A stretch of DNA of 28,083 nt from a virus (lineage: Duplodnaviria > Heunggongvirae > Uroviricota > Caudoviricetes), in IMG/VR virus record IMGVR_UViG_2802429242_000010, positions 1 to 28,083 of that record; one strand, written 5' to 3'. The position numbers and the translations under genes were made by a program. This document shows positions 26,041 through 28,083 of the stretch, one piece after another. The stretch's first letter is position 1, and the number at the start of each line of letters is the position of its first letter. The notes below the pieces were generated by a model. That model was not told the origin of the DNA and searched no databases. It saw only the letters and a list, made by a program, of their open reading frames with translations.

Positions 26041-27081
26041 ATGGCTAAAAAGATACACGTTTACGATTTCTTTTCCGGCTGCGGCGGAACCAGTGTAGGC
26101 CTAAAAGCGGTGGGAATGGAAATTATTTTCGGTTTAGATATTGATCTAGACTCCGCTAACACCTTTAAAATGAATAATCCATTTGCACATTTTATCAATG
26201 GTGATATCAAAGATACACACGTTGAGGAAATTAAGCATCTGGTTTGTGCGTCAACACAAAGCAAAGCTCTAACCCTTTTTTGTGGTTGTGCTCCATGTCA
26301 ACCATTCTCGAAACAAAATAAAATACGGAACGAGGATGATCCGAGAAAAGATCTGCTTACTGAGTTTGCACGGTTTGTCTCTTATTATACGCCAGACTTT
26401 GTACTGGTAGAGAATGTACCAGGAATCCAAAATGTCGATATTAACAATGGAAATTTCCAGAAATTTCTTGAGGTTTTAGCACATCATCACTACAACGTTG
26501 ATTTTGGTGTGATTCCTGCGTTGTGGTTCGGGGTTCCTCAAACACGTGAACGTTTTGTTTTACTGGCGTCAAAACACACGAATATTAAGCTTCCATCACA
26601 AACTCATGATGGATTAAAAACTCCGTATGCAACTGTCAGAGACTGGATCGGCGGATTACCTCCTATTGCTGCCGGTGAAACTCATAAAGATGTTATGGAT
26701 CATACAGCAGCCAAACTATCTGATCTAAATATTAAACGTATTAAAGCGACTCCTGAGGGAAAAGGTAGAGAATCTTGGCCTGAAGAACTTATACTAAAAT
26801 GCCATAAAAAATATAAAGGGCATACTGATGTTTATGGACGGCTTTCTTGGGACAAACCAGCAAGTGGATTAACAACTAGATGTATAAGCTATTCGAATGG
26901 ACGTTTCGGACATCCAGAGCAAGATAGGGCTATTTCTGTTAGAGAGGCTGCGTTATTACAGACTTTCCCATTAGACTATTCCTTCACAGGCTCTTTAGTC
27001 TCGAAAGCCAAACAGATAGGGAATGCAGTCCCTCCCAAGATGGCTGAAGCTCTTGGAAGGGCTATCATCGCATCACTTTAA
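26041..27081 (+). CDS. DNA (cytosine-5)-methyltransferase
   Basis: 346 aa with canonical C5-MTase motifs in order: I FSGCGG, IV PCQPFS (catalytic Cys), VI ENV, VIII QTRERF, X GNAVPP. Starts 3 nt after the ATPase stop (operon-like). Confidence 0.9.
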   Translation: MAKKIHVYDFFSGCGGTSVGLKAVGMEIIFGLDIDLDSANTFKMNNPFAHFINGDIKDTHVEEIKHLVCASTQSKALTLFCGCAPCQPFSKQNKIRNEDDPRKDLLTEFARFVSYYTPDFVLVENVPGIQNVDINNGNFQKFLEVLAHHHYNVDFGVIPALWFGVPQTRERFVLLASKHTNIKLPSQTHDGLKTPYATVRDWIGGLPPIAAGETHKDVMDHTAAKLSDLNIKRIKATPEGKGRESWPEELILKCHKKYKGHTDVYGRLSWDKPASGLTTRCISYSNGRFGHPEQDRAISVREAALLQTFPLDYSFTGSLVSKAKQIGNAVPPKMAEALGRAIIASL

Positions 27082-27091
27082 AAGCGGAGCC

Positions 27092-27445
27092 CTAGAGGGC
27101 TTCGCCTAACAATAATAGAATACCTGATATAAACCCTATAGCTCCCTGAAGCTCTTTTCTAATTGCTCCATCAGAGCATTTTCTTTTCTTAGCAATGGTG
27201 CGTAATGAGATACCAATCACAAAATGAGCAATGATCAGCTCATATTCTTCTGGTTTATACTTCCGCAGGCGGGCGACACAGCCATCAATCATGATGCCTT
27301 CATCATCATCGCACTGAATCCGGGACTTTCTGCCATGAGGTAAAAGCCCCTTGAAGCCAGCGGCTACCGGTTGCCAATCCACACCACTGTTCTCTGCCGC
27401 AGCCCACGCTCCCCAACGGTCTAATACTTCATACATATCACACAT
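27092..27445 (-). CDS. Q: Late-gene antitermination protein Q (phage 82 / DLP12 QuuD-like family)
   Basis: About 117 aa from ATG with RBS GGAG upstream; similar to the QuuD-type Q protein I recall (..LERWGAWAA...AAGFKGL...CDDD..I..GC.ARL...). Located upstream of the lysis cassette on the same strand. Confidence 0.75.
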   Translation of the reverse strand: MCDMYEVLDRWGAWAAAENSGVDWQPVAAGFKGLLPHGRKSRIQCDDDEGIMIDGCVARLRKYKPEEYELIIAHFVIGISLRTIAKKRKCSDGAIRKELQGAIGFISGILLLLGEAL

Positions 27446-27462
27446 CAACTTTCTCCACCAAA

Positions 27463-28083
27463 TCAGGCTAGCACACCAATTGCCAACGCACGGTCGATAA
27501 AACGAAATATCAGCTCCAGCTGGGAGCCATACTTCTCTTCAAATGCCACGGTATCCGCATGCAGCTCGTCGTGATGCTTTCTGCACAAAGGCAACACAAA
27601 GAGATCATGCGCTTTTGTACCCATTCCACCCTGACCGTGGCCTATCAGGTGGTGGGGATCATCAGCGGGCTTTCCACAACATGCACACGGCTGTGTCTTA
27701 ACCCAGCGCGTGTACTTTTCATTAACCCAGCGGCGACGTTTTGGGCGTAACATAAAAGACTCCGGCGACTCCGGATCCACTTCCAGCGCCAGCACTTTTT
27801 TCGCTTTATCCTGGATGATGCTGGTGGCAGGAACCGAAGGCACAAGGTCACTTTCCCGGGTAACAGACGGCACAACAGGCTTCGGTAATCTAAGTGCCTT
27901 ACGGGCTGCACTTTCCGGTAAGGCATCCGCCAGGTCATTACGAATCAGCCACCAGCACAGTTCCGGCATTGTCACAACGTGACTGTCATCAAAACCGAGA
28001 TCCCGACGCACAACAGACAACACCCAGCGGGCACAGTTATCCGTTGCCATTGATTCCAGCCGTTCCGTGAACTGATCACGCAA
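27463..28083 (-). CDS. DUF968-like lambdoid-prophage protein, N-terminally truncated by the window edge
   Basis: ORF runs to the window end (first displayed codon is TTG, so the true start is outside). C-terminal Cys/His-rich motif CACCGKPADDPHHLIGHGQGG...LPLCRKHHDELH. 14 nt upstream of Q on the same strand. Confidence 0.65.
   Translation of the reverse strand: MRDQFTERLESMATDNCARWVLSVVRRDLGFDDSHVVTMPELCWWLIRNDLADALPESAARKALRLPKPVVPSVTRESDLVPSVPATSIIQDKAKKVLALEVDPESPESFMLRPKRRRWVNEKYTRWVKTQPCACCGKPADDPHHLIGHGQGGMGTKAHDLFVLPLCRKHHDELHADTVAFEEKYGSQLELIFRFIDRALAIGVLA

Larger units (their letters stand above)
1500..28083. mobile_element. Prophage integrated at the 5' end of dusA (left end in window; right end beyond window)
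   Basis: Continuous phage gene set from integrase through tail, head, packaging, lysis and Q genes. Integrase is immediately adjacent to the dusA 5' end, the known target of dusA-specific integrases. Exact attL position is not determinable from this window; the start coordinate is approximate. Confidence 0.85.

Noticed and set aside
26061-26264. Minus-strand ORF of 67 aa at the 5' end of the methyltransferase gene
   Set aside because: Antisense to the region encoding methyltransferase motif I (FSGCGG); no RBS or conservation rationale.
27559-27982. ORFs 27559..27750 (+), 27645..27938 (-) and 27710..27982 (+) inside the DUF968 gene
   Set aside because: Overlap the DUF968-like ORF, which has a recognisable Cys/His motif and is positioned as in lambdoid prophages; no independent support.
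1-28083. Search for CRISPR arrays, tRNA/rRNA genes, IS elements, toxin genes (stx-like) and toxin-antitoxin pairs
   Set aside because: No regularly spaced direct repeats, no tRNA-like structure, no transposase-like ORF or terminal inverted repeats, and nothing resembling AB5 toxin subunits in the Q-S slot. The dusA-type integrase explains the absence of a tRNA attachment site.

Overview
The window starts in chromosomal DNA (pspG and dusA, both on the minus strand) and then runs about 26.5 kb into a prophage integrated at the 5' end of dusA; the prophage continues past the window end. From left to right the prophage carries: a tyrosine integrase next to dusA; a dinI-like gene behind two LexA boxes; a Mu-like contractile tail and baseplate module (minus strand); an HK97-like head and packaging module with an HNH endonuclease beside the terminase; a lambda-like lysis cassette (holin, R transglycosylase, Rz with embedded Rz1); and a Q-type antiterminator plus a partial DUF968 gene at the right edge. 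Two visibly AT-rich cargo insertions interrupt this backbone. One is a signal-peptide protein gene with its own RBS and terminator inside the tail cluster. The other, and the most interesting locus, is a plus-strand two-gene cassette (596-aa Walker ATPase with a Toprim-like C-terminal region, then a C5 cytosine methyltransferase 3 nt downstream) sitting between Q and the lysis genes, antisense to the late operon. I read it as a candidate defense or restriction-modification-like module, but that is inference from motifs only. No rRNA, tRNA, CRISPR array or transposase was recognised. CDS coordinates follow the supplied ORF track, with starts adjusted where an RBS supports it. Motif coordinates were counted by hand and may be off by 1-2 nt; my manual reading disagreed with the track by 1 nt near 14.1-14.3 kb. 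GC statements are by-eye estimates, not computed.
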